Source of the DNA: Eukaryota sp. TZLM1-RC
Lineage: Eukaryota; Protista; Metamonada: BaSk clade
DNA: 64,000 nucleotides
Direction: 5' to 3'
NCBI GenBank assembly: GCA_040285825.1
Contig: JAUPSS010000001.1
Coordinates: forward strand, 558,001 to 622,000
Position 1 is the stretch's first letter; each line of letters opens with the position of its first letter. Positions 34,201-44,516 of the stretch are shown here, one piece after another. The position numbers and the translations under genes are program-made. The notes beneath the pieces were generated by a model, which was not told the DNA's origin, did not search any database, and worked only from the letters and a program-made list of their open reading frames with translations.

Positions 34201-34604
34201 GCAACCAATTCATCAATGACAGTCAGATTGTCAAAGGGAATTATAAACTGGATATTGACACGTAAGCATGAGTCAACAGGAGTGTCCAGTAGTTCTGGTG
34301 CTATTTTGAGTTTGGGAGTAAGAGTAGCAGTGTAAGCGTCATGCTTAGCTGTAAAAGACCAAAATTCAGGATTAATGACCTTTACAATCTGAACTTTTGG
34401 AGAAATAAAGTCACCAAGTATAACATAGTCTAGAGGGACCTCAACTCCGTCCTCGACGCTTCTCCAGTCAACAACAATGAGCTGGTTGGAGAGGGAGTGT
34501 GTAGAATCTGGGGACGAGGGAGAGGAGAACTCAAGTTGCCCAGAGCGAAGAGAAGTAGCGCTACACAGGAGCAAGAGTGTAAGAAAAAGGGAGCACCGTT
34601 GCAT
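31239..34604 (-). CDS. Membrane-anchored subtilisin-like S8 serine protease with EGF and CUB-like domains
   Basis: Signal peptide; catalytic triad IDSG, GHGTHVAG, GTSMAAP; SAGN oxyanion motif; C.NNG.C..G.C.C EGF repeats; C-terminal TM helix followed by SRRRK. Confidence 0.92.
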   Translation of the reverse strand: MQRCSLFLTLLLLCSATSLRSGQLEFSSPSSPDSTHSLSNQLIVVDWRSVEDGVEVPLDYVILGDFISPKVQIVKVINPEFWSFTAKHDAYTATLTPKLKIAPELLDTPVDSCLRVNIQFIIPFDNLTVIDELVALRSLDSLTILDYSDDSLVIELCQSPVSTLLSLAQHDDVTWIEPHVHYEPFNCHAASLIESNSNSLSSCPQSRPSQSNQFDWSAKEITGKGEIVTVIDSGLDANHCLFKDNNNNILKGSIRNSINSAINSKHRKILFYDSEIGDGQDLSGHGTHVAGSVSGFSPNQESNGIAINSKLIILDGGSGNGGRLSIPRDLRPRWLDPAYKIGSRVFTNSWGSQLKTSPYTSDASIWDRFIYQNRDAFVIFSAGNSGSSGTRSIGSPSTAKNVLTVGASVATRNSVSATCSVNNRFCQSFGLTTSNSNLNENSVAFFSSRGPTDYGSIKPDVVSTGLPLTSARAGSQCGFEPLAGTSMAAPTVAGAAALLREYLKNNDINPSSSLLRSLIIGSAVPLNDNNGKVNWGNNKWVDLDEAPSSVYGYGRVNLKPLFESVVVSNEDYEISNSNPIKSHCFKTNSNGKVIVTLAWTDPQAFAGCQDCIINPLELIILDSSGKEISNLNKPFRHSTSDRLIIPSAAGNYQILIKGNGLSSSQTYSLSVIGDVDLINCDSCPDNCNNNGQCLNGICKCNSGNLLNCGESCPNSCSNQGKCINGFCSCEFPYFGPNCSFFHAIGDNRIEIQPNEAISIPFIEGINNYKQGVDVTWKVLNPSKSELILNVLEIDLAHGDFLNVYSELNGEITLIETINNGEDRSFSTRNHYYLEFQSGLNGSGKGFKLTTNNYKSKPIDDSDKEKEKEDETNYCKDQEFSELKGDFKAISSGSSCNFKLPFNSNSVIQLELSDVILENGDYVDVNWQWGRHELRLARISNSIKSRVFNSLYPLSIQFISSGFGSSFSANYGVYDRNSCPKSIPSQFCSSFSAQSAQINSKKDTISVEFNQELTPSKVTVDCKDFVNITGAENCFIEGTKVKINIAQVENPPKYLTVLDNEILKVDQVELRVDHEPRTIEIFIVITLAIGVLLTTSISVIVVSRRRKVIQGERTPIREGGFV

Positions 34605-34885
34605 GAGATGTAAAAAATGAAACATTTCTGAGTGGTTTCATATTTAAGGGAAGTGAAAGTAGGGAGCTTGACCATGGCATGTAATCAACACACAAGTCGT
34701 AGCGTGATGGTACCAAAACACAACAGTTAACCACAAATCAAGAACAAAGGAAATGTCTGAAGTCAAGATCAGAAAGATAAGGTAAAGCTAAGATCATAGT
34801 ACTATGCTATGCTATGGTGCTAGTACTAGACAATGCGAAATGTTGATCTTGGTTCTTTCAATTCTCGATGTGATTTCATTTCATC

Positions 34886-34950
34886 TTGATGCAATTTTCA
34901 ATTGATGGAGTTTTCAATTGATGTAATTTTCAATTGATGCAATTTTCATG
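34886..34950. repeat. Tandem 16-bp repeat (TTGATGCAATTTTCAA) x4
   Basis: Direct reading. Confidence 0.75.
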
Positions 34951-35324
34951 TTAATGAAATCACCAGTAACAATTGAGGTTCAAAACAGCTTGTTGTGCCA
35001 AGCCAACAATCTAATCAATCAGATTACTGGGCAAATTCATATTGTCAGAATTGAACACTCAGGAATATAATAGTATTTTCTACCAATGTGCTTTTTTATA
35101 ATTCCACCTTTGATCTTTTCTTTCATGGTTAACGTCTTGATTGAGGTCTAAAATAGTCAATAGACTCAGTATCAGTAGTTTCATCCTGTTCAAATTCACT
35201 TTACACATCAAGATATTCTTCAACTTGGGAGATCAAAACTGTGGGGTAATGTGAGTGTAGGGTTTGACTTCAATTTTTGACAAAATGGAATTGTTTTCAG
35301 AAAGATCAAAGACGATGATGATGG

Positions 35325-35798
35325 CAGGACTGGGTCAAATATTATTGCTTTTCATTATATTGCAATAAATACGGTCCAATTATTGTTGCAAGCTTTTTGA
35401 GTACTTGCAATTATTGCAGGTTGGCGCTGATGTGGTAGTAGTGTTTAAATTTTGGTTTATAGCGATATACTTGTACATCTTAAACTTATGTTTGGTGATG
35501 ATTCCATATTGAATTATGGGTGAAATGTTATCTCTACTCTTGTACTTTGTACTGACTATGCCAGTACACAAATTCTTCACTCTTTCAAACAACTACGACA
35601 ATGCCTTCATTGTTGAATAGTTCTTCACTGTTCAGACCCCTGCATTAGACCAAATTGAAACTGACGGCAAAAGTGAGCAACTATTTGTTCCTTACCATTG
35701 TGTTTGCGGGCTAAATTATGGTATGAATATATTGCAAATATTGTTGTTACCTGAAATTGATGCTGCAAAATATTGCAATATAATTTTACCCAGTCCTG
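35325..35798. mobile_element. hAT-type non-autonomous element (474 bp) with TIRs and 8-bp TSD
   Basis: CAGGACTGGGT.AAAT at left and ATTTTACCCAGTCCTG at right. GATGATGG duplicated at 35317-35324 and 35799-35806. Subterminal ATATTGCAA repeats. Confidence 0.88.
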
Positions 35799-35864
35799 GA
35801 TGATGGATAATGAATCAAATGTCCAAATAGATGAGAATCCCGAGAATCTGACATCAAAATTTCG

Positions 35865-37424
35865 ATGTTCGCTTCATATCTTATTCTCCTGGTGTCCGCC
35901 AGCTTCTGCTCAGGTAAGTATGGTTCACTTGTAGCCTATCAACTCGTTCTCTCAACACTTTCCTTCCTCTCTGTAAAATCTCGTCGGAAATCAACCCACA
36001 TTTTCTCAACTCTATCCATCTTTATCGGTCTTTCCTTTTGCTTCTGGCAGTTTCTACAATTACCTATTGTTCTGTACTTTGTGGCTGTTCTTGTCCTCAC
36101 ACTACTCCTCTACTCTCTACCTTTTTACCTATCTTCAAGGTTTTATCGCAGGATCAGCTATGGCTTTACATTCCCTTTCTTTTTCACTCTTTGTTCATAC
36201 GCCTACCGATCCCTCTCTCCTTGGTCTACCCAAGGCCTCCCCGATTTAGCAACTGCTGAATCTTTCTACGTACCTTTGGCCTCTCTGTTTGGCATTGATG
36301 GTCTTACCTTCCTCTCCTCCATCATTCCCTCCACCTTACCCCTTCTCTATTCTCATTACCACAGATCCCACAGCCTCTACCGCAACAACACTGATAAACC
36401 CAAAACCGAACTTTATCTTCTTTCCTTAACACTTATTCTTCTTTTCCTCACCAATGCAGTTGATTCTGTTTCTTTCAACCATCCTGATCCCGTAGTCCCT
36501 GTGTCTGGTGTTCTCCTTCCCAGATTCCAACCCCCCGATTACTCAGTAGATGGTGCCAATGAAGAAAGAATTCAAGTAGAAAGAAAGTCAATCGACTGGG
36601 CTTTTGATGTAAGTGAAAGGGTTGCTGCAGAGTCCAAGATCATTGTTTGGACGGAGAGTATGTTGAATGTGTCAGATTATGTCAATAATGTTTCAACAAG
36701 AGAAGAGCTGTGGGAGAGATCAATGAAATTTTCGGCGAAATATTCAGTTTATTTAGTTTTTACCTATCATTGCTCCTATCCAAATGGCACTATTTTAAAC
36801 GAACTTGTTATTTCCGACCCCCAAGGTGATGTGATAGGGTCATATTCCAAACGTCATCCAGTTTTTATAGCAGAATCTACCGTTGAAGCAGCCACTTGGT
36901 CCACATCTCCTCTACTTGTTGATACTGAATTTGGCAAACTTGGCTTGGCGATCTGCCATGATTTAGATTTTCCTTCTTTTATTTATGAATTAAGAAATGC
37001 TGATTTAATTATCATCCCTGCTTGGGACTGGAGACAACTTAGCCGAAATACTTTTGGTTCGGCCTTGAGAAGTGCTGAATTAGGAGTGCCCTTATTGAGA
37101 GTAACGCACGCAGGGTGGAGTGCGGTAACTAATAAATTTGGGAAACATGTTTTTGGGGTTTCGCATTTCAGTCGTGAAGAAGATTTAGAAACTGACTGTC
37201 CTGATTGGATTGGTCAATGTAATTCAGCGGGTATTTTGACCTTTACAGTTCCAATTTCTGTTAAGGGAAGGGTTACTTTAAATAGTTTCGTTTCTGGAGG
37301 TTATATTTTGTTTCCTTTTTTATTTTCCTTTTTTATAATATCCTGGTTTAATTCGTTATTACATAGAAGGAACTTGGATTTTTCTGAAGTTCCATTATAT
37401 TTGACAAAGAGTTTAAATTGGTGA
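35865..37424 (+). CDS. Apolipoprotein N-acyltransferase (Lnt)-like membrane protein with nitrilase/CN-hydrolase domain
   Basis: Multi-TM N-terminus with ASLFGIDGLTF; IVWTES (Glu), YSKRHPV (Lys), AICHDLDF (Cys); RSAELG....R....G.SA. Confidence 0.8.
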   Translation: MFASYLILLVSASFCSGKYGSLVAYQLVLSTLSFLSVKSRRKSTHIFSTLSIFIGLSFCFWQFLQLPIVLYFVAVLVLTLLLYSLPFYLSSRFYRRISYGFTFPFFFTLCSYAYRSLSPWSTQGLPDLATAESFYVPLASLFGIDGLTFLSSIIPSTLPLLYSHYHRSHSLYRNNTDKPKTELYLLSLTLILLFLTNAVDSVSFNHPDPVVPVSGVLLPRFQPPDYSVDGANEERIQVERKSIDWAFDVSERVAAESKIIVWTESMLNVSDYVNNVSTREELWERSMKFSAKYSVYLVFTYHCSYPNGTILNELVISDPQGDVIGSYSKRHPVFIAESTVEAATWSTSPLLVDTEFGKLGLAICHDLDFPSFIYELRNADLIIIPAWDWRQLSRNTFGSALRSAELGVPLLRVTHAGWSAVTNKFGKHVFGVSHFSREEDLETDCPDWIGQCNSAGILTFTVPISVKGRVTLNSFVSGGYILFPFLFSFFIISWFNSLLHRRNLDFSEVPLYLTKSLNW

Positions 37425-37526
37425 GTTTAATATACATGAAAATATAAAAATTAGTTTAGTTTATGCTTTTGATGAGCAAAAACAAATAGTTTTGTTGAAA
37501 TCAATATGGGACATTTAAAGATGTTC

Positions 37527-37889
37527 ACCTATAAGGCATTTCTTCAACAAGCATCTCACAGAAAATGACACCTAGAGCGAAATAATCAGCAGCAGCACTA
37601 TAGGAATTCCCAGTGGTGAACATTTCAGGTGGGTGATATGGTGGAGTCATGGCAGTTTGAAACGGGTTAGCTGATTTGGTTTCAAATAGTGTGAGCCTAT
37701 CAAAGTCGCAAATGGCGACATTGTTATCCTCATCTAGGAGAGTGTTTTCCGGCTTTAAATCACGATGGGCAAGTTGTTTTGAGCGTAAGAACTGAATACC
37801 CTCCACGAGTTGCCCCAAGATCTTCCATGTTTGAGCTCTCTCTAAGGGTTCTCCCTTGATGATGGTTTGTCGTTGGGAAACACCATAAA
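37527..37889 (-). pseudogene. Truncated near-identical duplicate of the DFD kinase (29588-29946)
   Basis: IYGVSQRQTIIKGEPLER...HRDLKPENTLLD...CDFDRLTLFETKSANPFQT.MTPPYHPPE...MPY; lacks the N-lobe. Confidence 0.85.
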
Positions 37890-38519
37890 TTAAATTTTGA
37901 GTTAAGTTTAGAGTTGGCAATGAGGACGGATTTTTTTCAAAAGTGGAAATGGAAATGGTACGATAATATTGAAATGTGAATGTAAATGGAAACATAGAAA
38001 CATATTGTCCGTGCTCAATTGTAATTGAACCTGCATAAATATACTAAATATACTACACTGGGTCCCATCAACAAAGAGTAACCAAAAGTACTCAGAACTG
38101 ATTTACGACTTTTGTGCTTGTGCGGCGTCCATTCTTGATCCAAGAATTAAGAATTAATCCAGTTTTTTGCCTGTTTCAAATGTAGAATTTACGCCACTGT
38201 CTTCAGTTTCAATTTTATTAAATTTGATATTTAGCATATTTTAACAGATGTATTCTGTATTGAATTAGTTTACAAATTGTAAATAATGGTTTCACAATTG
38301 TACAAATTCATAACATGCCTAAACAGTTCACAATTGAAAGGAATGGATGAAATACGGGATGAAGGAATAGATGTGCGAGATAGCTGAGAACGGTCCTTGT
38401 TGTCTATGTTCTTTCATTCATGAATGTATTGGAACAGAGAAAGGTGAAAAACGTTGAATCTGTCTTTTAACTACATTTTTTATTGTCAATTTCAAGTGGG
38501 CAAATTCCCAATACTGACA

Positions 38520-38650
38520 CGATCAATTTTGTTGTGGATAATTTCAAATACTGTCTACTATTTACTGCTCAAATAATGAGGCCTTTAATTGCCACTCATT
38601 CTGGCTTCAGCAATTACTAACATATCGATTTGTGTTAGCTCATTTCTATA
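38520..38650 (-). pseudogene. Fanzor 3'-end remnant (copy 3) plus conserved downstream block
   Basis: YRNELTQIDMLVIAEARMSGN*RPHYLSS aligns with copy 1 FNRNKLVCLNLFAIGEARMSGNE*PQHL. Confidence 0.7.
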
Positions 38651-38859
38651 GAGTGAACTATTGAATGGGTTATTTTTGATAAATAGTGTTGTCGCCCTAA
38701 GGCTTACATAATTTGATTAGAAAATGAATCAACTTTTCCTCATTCATATTATCTCAAACTTTCTTTAATCTCTTTAGACTTACGGCAATGATATAACTGA
38801 AGAAGTGGGGAGATAGATCATCTTTGTATTTCGATTTTTGCCGTTAGTTAATTTAAGGT

Positions 38860-39790
38860 GTTGTGTAAAGAAGCTTCAACAAAAACTGACAGTAATATTT
38901 GAAGACTTCGATCATGAAGTACGTTTTGACATGTCCAAACAAAAAATCCCGCTTTTGCAAATTTTTTACTGGATGTTTGTGATAGTTCTGCGTCTTGTTT
39001 AATTATTCATGTACGAACAAATTATAATTTGTTTCTAGAATACCCTTGCTTTTCATTATCTTTGTGTCTTTGATCTTTTATTTTGGCTTGATAATCTTTT
39101 CCATGGTTTAATTTGTAAATGTGGGAAGACTGTCACTCCAACCCATTTATTTATTTGTAATCGTTTTATTACTTTTAGATCAAAAGTGGATGATGCAGTC
39201 CGTGATCAGCTTTATTGTATGTGTAAACCCTACATGGTTGAATCCTTTTAGAACCATTGCTGCCAAATTTGGCTGACGCATCTGACAGAATTACTTTTGG
39301 TGATAGCCGCAGTGATGTGTTTGTTCCAGGTCATGATGGATCCATGATCATTATTGATGTCAGATCTACTGATATATCAAACAGCCCAAACAAAAAACAG
39401 GCACAATCTTATAATTCACCTGTACGTAGAGCTGATGAAGCGAAAATTATCAAGTATGCTGAAAAAATCAATAATTAGAATTCCAACTATTATACTCAAT
39501 ACGTTCTCCTATTGCTTTTTCGTTATTTGGAATCTTGGGTAGAATTGCGTTATCTTTTATAGACGATTTCTCTTATATTGTCAAAATCAGAACGAGAAGA
39601 ATATTTGACCGAAGCTTTTGGCAAAATGGAATTGTGTTTTCTATTTTAAAGGATGGCCTTGTTTCTAGCTCGTTGTTATCACTAGGAAGATTTTATGAAG
39701 AAAATGCTGTAGGAAAAGATTCAATGGTAGACATGGAATTTGAGAAAGTTGATTTTTAGTTTTAAGCAATTTCATTTGAGTAAAGAAAAC
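38860..39790 (+). mobile_element. Non-LTR retrotransposon family F 3' fragment, degraded
   Basis: KKLQQKL...NPAFANFL.D, CKCGK...HL, DAVRDQLYCMCK, RSDVFVPG....IIDVRSTD, ADEAKIIKY, FWQNGIVF, ending DMEFEKVDF*. Confidence 0.8.
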
Positions 39791-39830
39791 AAAACAATGG
39801 GGAAATAGAAATTCCTTTGGGTTTCCGTCT

Positions 39831-42800
39831 ATGCTGCATAATGATTGTCTTCAAAGGGAACACCTCTCCTTTCCCATAGGCTACTCTGCACCCTTTGTAC
39901 CATGTTTTCACATCAATGTTCATATCCCCTCCTTAAGTATCGATCCCCATAAACATCAATTCATTCTCACTATTCACCGTTCCAAAGAAAAGAGACTCTC
40001 CTCTCTTTACCCTTCATGCTCACCTCAACTGTGTGTTCCACACTGTTCTTCTTCTTGCCTTGATTTTTCCTCCTCTCTACTCTCCATCACTCCTTCCCAC
40101 ACCTTTCTTCCCCCTCTTATCACTACTTTCTCCTATCTGAATCACTATTTCTTTGTTTGGCAATGTCCTAGAGTATCTCTACTTCATTTTTACAAGAGCC
40201 AAAGCCTGATCAATAATATTGATGAAAGTCTGGTTGATAGCTGTGATGTTTTTTGGGTTCTTTGTCAATTTTATAACTTGATTAATAAATTCAGTCAATT
40301 TAATATTGACATTGATTTTAATGAGATGAGTCTTTCACAATTACGCATTACTGAAAATTTACTCCTTGTTTGTCATCCCAGTGTATTTTTGACCGGTCAA
40401 AAAGAAGTCAAGGGAAGTCAAGGAGAAGCGATTAGTGATTTCAATATGCTAACAGAATATGCAGACTATGAAATTTTTCTTCCAAAGAATGAAAATTTTA
40501 AATTTTGCTTTGATCCATTCCTACCCACTATCGACAATGATTTCTTCCATCAATTGGTTTCTGATTGGCAAAATGATAGAATTTCAAATTTTGAATATTT
40601 AATTTACATTAATCAATTTGCAGGCCGCGATTTTTGTGAAAATTTCCTTCCAGCAGTTTTTCCTTGGCCTTTTACTGATCTCAGTGTTGTCGATAACGAC
40701 TCTTTTGTGGAAAATTTGGAATTCTTTGACTGGTTGAGCTCAATCAATCAAAATTCAGATCCCATGGCGTCACCACTTCCTGAGGGCCTACAGTTTCGAA
40801 ATTTTGCCAAATCAAAAATTTGCCTGACTCGAGGTGAAGAGTTCTTGGACGCTCAATTTAATTCGACCTTTCACCACTATCATTTACAACCTTCTGAACT
40901 TGAATACGTCACAATGACATGTCGATTACGTGATGTTAAAATATTGCAAAAATTTGTTCGACAAAATTTTCGTCAAGCAGACTACCCCATCTCTTTTCAG
41001 AATTTAGCTCAAAATTCCACGTGTGAATTAACAATAGATTTTTTAACAAATCCAAATGTTTTTAACTCGAATTGCTATTTCCAAGGTCTTGAAATTCCAA
41101 AGTTTTTCGCAAATGGTTATGCTTGGGCTAGCGAAAGCTCAAAATTGGAAAAGAGTCTTGAAGAGTCCTTTGTTTATTGGCTATTAGGAGTTTTGAATTC
41201 TGATCATGTTAAACGAAATTTAAGTATTTGGATTGATCTAAATTTTGGTCATTTGATTGGTTCGGAGGATCATCGCAATGTTTTACTGGAAAAAAAGTTT
41301 TCAATTTCAAATTTATTAAAAATTTCAGCTAAATCACCTTTTAAATTATTTACAACACCACATCCAATCAAATTTGATTGTGCTTGTTCAATCAATCATT
41401 CACGTCATCAACCTAGAAGACGACGGTCAAAATCAGTCGTTAGTACTGCTAAACCAATCATTTTTGATCTTGATTCTTTTGATATAGGTGTAATGAAATC
41501 AGTGACAGGTTGTCTTGAAAATTTGGAACTATTGACACCTCCAAAAGCTCTTTTGGACTGTCACAATGTCGACAGTTTAGTTTGTAAAATATTGTCTCTT
41601 GTTCGAGTCACTGAGCAGGTCAAAGTCAAGTACAGTCAATTGTTTTTTGACCTACTTGACGTCACAGTTGAAGCAAAGGATTTTGAATTGATTAGGCATC
41701 ATTTACAGGCACTTGAGGTGGTTAATAACTGTCTAACTGGTGAATCAGTTTCGCGATCAATTTTGATCTCTTTAGCTGTTAAGGTTCCCCAATTTTTTAA
41801 ATTTTTGGTCCCTTTTTTCGCTAATTTTTTAGTGAATTCTAACTATCCTATTTTATTGTCTTTAAATTCCATTATTACCCTTGATCCTTGCAATTTTGAA
41901 ATATTTGCTTTGTTGACAGTTCAATATTTTGAACATTTTGATAAAGACCAGCATGATCTCTACTGCAAATGTTTACATGTATGCGAAAATTTGTGTTCAT
42001 CAGAAACTATTCAAAAAATAATTCTTCCAAAATTAATCCTTTATTTAGATTCTGAAAATTTGGCTCCTGAAAATTTGTTTTCTGAAAATTTGGTACAACC
42101 GTTGTTAATCATTTTGATTAAAAGACTCAGTATTAATACTTTAATTAATTCAATTATTTTACCTTTTTTAAAAAGATTTAAAAGGAATTCAGAATTAATT
42201 GGTAGTTTATTGCATATCATTATTAATAATTCCAGTGATTTATTCGTGATTAAATATTTACTTGGAATTCTTACCAATACTTTTCAATCATTTTTAGACA
42301 CAACTGATCTTACATCCCCAATATATGAAAATTTGACTCACTTAATTACCACCTGTTTCAGGAAGTCACCGGAACTGATCTGTTCTCTGATTGAGACAAG
42401 TGCTGATGTGTCTTTTTTGAGCTACCTCACCAATCATATTCCCAAATCAAATTTCCAATCAATATTCAATTTAGTTGGAATTTTAATTATTGAACTAGCC
42501 AAAATTGTTAAATTTATCAAACCAAGTGATTTCAATTACTTATTTTTAAAACCATTAAAGAAGTTTAGACAGAATGATTTAATTAATTCACTCATTAAAG
42601 AATTAGAATTATTATCTCCTTGTTTAGATCTAAATATAAACAACAAATGTAAAGCTGTTTGTTCAACTAATCAATTCCCGATCTGTGCTGTTTCAACTGA
42701 TACTCAAATATTCAGTTATCCAAACACGATTGAAAATTTCACTGGGTGTAAAAGTGATCCCATCTTGTCTGACATCTCTACAGTGAGCTCTATTAGTTTT

Positions 42801-43634
42801 GATCAGACAGGACTGACAGGTGTCATTACAACCAAGGAAGGGTCGATTTATCACTTGTTGCCTAATCCAGCTAGGAGCTCCATTTCTTCAATAACAAAGA
42901 TTAACACCGACTCGAAACTAAGAAATTCATGCCTCTTTCCTTGTACTACCCGGAACGAACCATTTGTTTGTGTTGCTACTGACTCTGATTTTTCAATATA
43001 TTCTTTTGGAAATGAAGTTCCATTGTTGTCCAAAGTTGATCATAAAAGTGCTAGTTCATTGAGTAATTGTAATAATCTCTCCTGCTTTTGTATTGGTTCT
43101 GAGGCAAAGGTTGATCTGTTTGATATGCGTGTTGGTTGTTTCAAGTCACCTTCTTTGACATTCAATCCGACTCTGACATCTAATTCTGTAACCTCTATAG
43201 CTTTCACAAATGATAATACAATGATCTGTGGCCTTTCAAATTCAGCATTAGCTTCAATTGACCTTAGGACAGGCTTTGTTATCGCCAGCAGTAGATTATT
43301 TGAAACCATGGTGTCATCACTCTCTGTTCTCGAGCACAATTGCAAGGTGTTTATTGGGGCAACACTAAAGCATGATAGGAGATTTTTCATAAGGAACGCT
43401 GATTTGACACATTTTGATAACATTCAGTGTCCCTCAAATACCATAGGAGGTGTTGCTTTGAGTGATTCGTTTGTGTCTTTTTCTTCTTCTTCTCTCTCGA
43501 TTGTGAATCCTTTGAACAATTCCTTTACCACACGCTCCGTTGCTATTCCTCCATTATCCAAGTTTTCCAATATTGGCAGATCCAGTGTTGGCTTGGGGTG
43601 TCATTTGGATGGTTCCCTTTGTTTTTATGGATGA
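39831..43634 (+). CDS. BEACH-domain protein with C-terminal WD40-like repeats (WDR81-like)
   Basis: WQNDRISNFEYLIYINQFAGR...PAVFPW, FRNFAKSK..L.RG...LD, L.S.HV...L..WIDLNFG; the N-terminal position of BEACH resembles WDR81. Confidence 0.8.
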   Translation: MLHNDCLQREHLSFPIGYSAPFVPCFHINVHIPSLSIDPHKHQFILTIHRSKEKRLSSLYPSCSPQLCVPHCSSSCLDFSSSLLSITPSHTFLPPLITTFSYLNHYFFVWQCPRVSLLHFYKSQSLINNIDESLVDSCDVFWVLCQFYNLINKFSQFNIDIDFNEMSLSQLRITENLLLVCHPSVFLTGQKEVKGSQGEAISDFNMLTEYADYEIFLPKNENFKFCFDPFLPTIDNDFFHQLVSDWQNDRISNFEYLIYINQFAGRDFCENFLPAVFPWPFTDLSVVDNDSFVENLEFFDWLSSINQNSDPMASPLPEGLQFRNFAKSKICLTRGEEFLDAQFNSTFHHYHLQPSELEYVTMTCRLRDVKILQKFVRQNFRQADYPISFQNLAQNSTCELTIDFLTNPNVFNSNCYFQGLEIPKFFANGYAWASESSKLEKSLEESFVYWLLGVLNSDHVKRNLSIWIDLNFGHLIGSEDHRNVLLEKKFSISNLLKISAKSPFKLFTTPHPIKFDCACSINHSRHQPRRRRSKSVVSTAKPIIFDLDSFDIGVMKSVTGCLENLELLTPPKALLDCHNVDSLVCKILSLVRVTEQVKVKYSQLFFDLLDVTVEAKDFELIRHHLQALEVVNNCLTGESVSRSILISLAVKVPQFFKFLVPFFANFLVNSNYPILLSLNSIITLDPCNFEIFALLTVQYFEHFDKDQHDLYCKCLHVCENLCSSETIQKIILPKLILYLDSENLAPENLFSENLVQPLLIILIKRLSINTLINSIILPFLKRFKRNSELIGSLLHIIINNSSDLFVIKYLLGILTNTFQSFLDTTDLTSPIYENLTHLITTCFRKSPELICSLIETSADVSFLSYLTNHIPKSNFQSIFNLVGILIIELAKIVKFIKPSDFNYLFLKPLKKFRQNDLINSLIKELELLSPCLDLNINNKCKAVCSTNQFPICAVSTDTQIFSYPNTIENFTGCKSDPILSDISTVSSISFDQTGLTGVITTKEGSIYHLLPNPARSSISSITKINTDSKLRNSCLFPCTTRNEPFVCVATDSDFSIYSFGNEVPLLSKVDHKSASSLSNCNNLSCFCIGSEAKVDLFDMRVGCFKSPSLTFNPTLTSNSVTSIAFTNDNTMICGLSNSALASIDLRTGFVIASSRLFETMVSSLSVLEHNCKVFIGATLKHDRRFFIRNADLTHFDNIQCPSNTIGGVALSDSFVSFSSSSLSIVNPLNNSFTTRSVAIPPLSKFSNIGRSSVGLGCHLDGSLCFYG

Positions 43635-44516
43635 TTTTACAGGTTTAGCTGTATATTAATTAATTTTTTCCTTCGTCATTATTTAGAGTGAGTATATGTA
43701 TATTTACTATTGAATTTTAATATTTTGTAAATAAAATAGATGTAAATACTGTCAAAACCCTAATATTACAGTCAACATTATACCAAAAACAAACCCTATT
43801 GTTAACCCATTATTGAGAGGTTGTACAGTTAGGGGGACCTTATGTTGTTGTTGCTGATAAATTAGGTGGGTAGACAGTGAGGATTTCATGCGATGATCTT
43901 GTTCTATCTCTACTTCTTTGGTATTTCTGTGTAACGGAATCACGTATGTTGATGCACTCACCCAAATACAATCAATGGAGATTTGCTAAACAGAACTGCA
44001 GTGAGAAAGGATTTGGCATACATTTCCTCATTACATTATTATAATTAATCATAGTAAAGGCAGAAATCTGTCAATTTGGAGTCATCTTCAATGGTCAAGG
44101 TTGAACAAAAGACATTTATGAAATGAAAAAATACTCACGCAAAAAAAGTAATCATAAAAAACGGCAGGATTGATTGATGTTAGAACTAGACTAGGTAGTT
44201 TAATGGTGTGGTAAGTTGAACGTGAGACAGGTCTCATGGCTTCTGTGAAGAGTCTGTGTTAGTTCTTTGCTTTTCTTTGGCTAAGTGTTCCAACAGAAGA
44301 AAACATCCAGGATACCATTATTGCTGATTTGGGCAGCAGCTACCTAAATCTGAGTTTCAAATCACCCTAAGTTGCAAAAGAGCATTTCTCAACAAGGTGT
44401 AGATGGCACAATGTTTTCATTACTGTGATTTAGTTTTAAGTCTTTCAATTGTTGTAAACAGATAAGTAGAATGAAAAGAATTGTGAAATCAGCACAAATT
44501 TTTCATTTCTGTCAGA

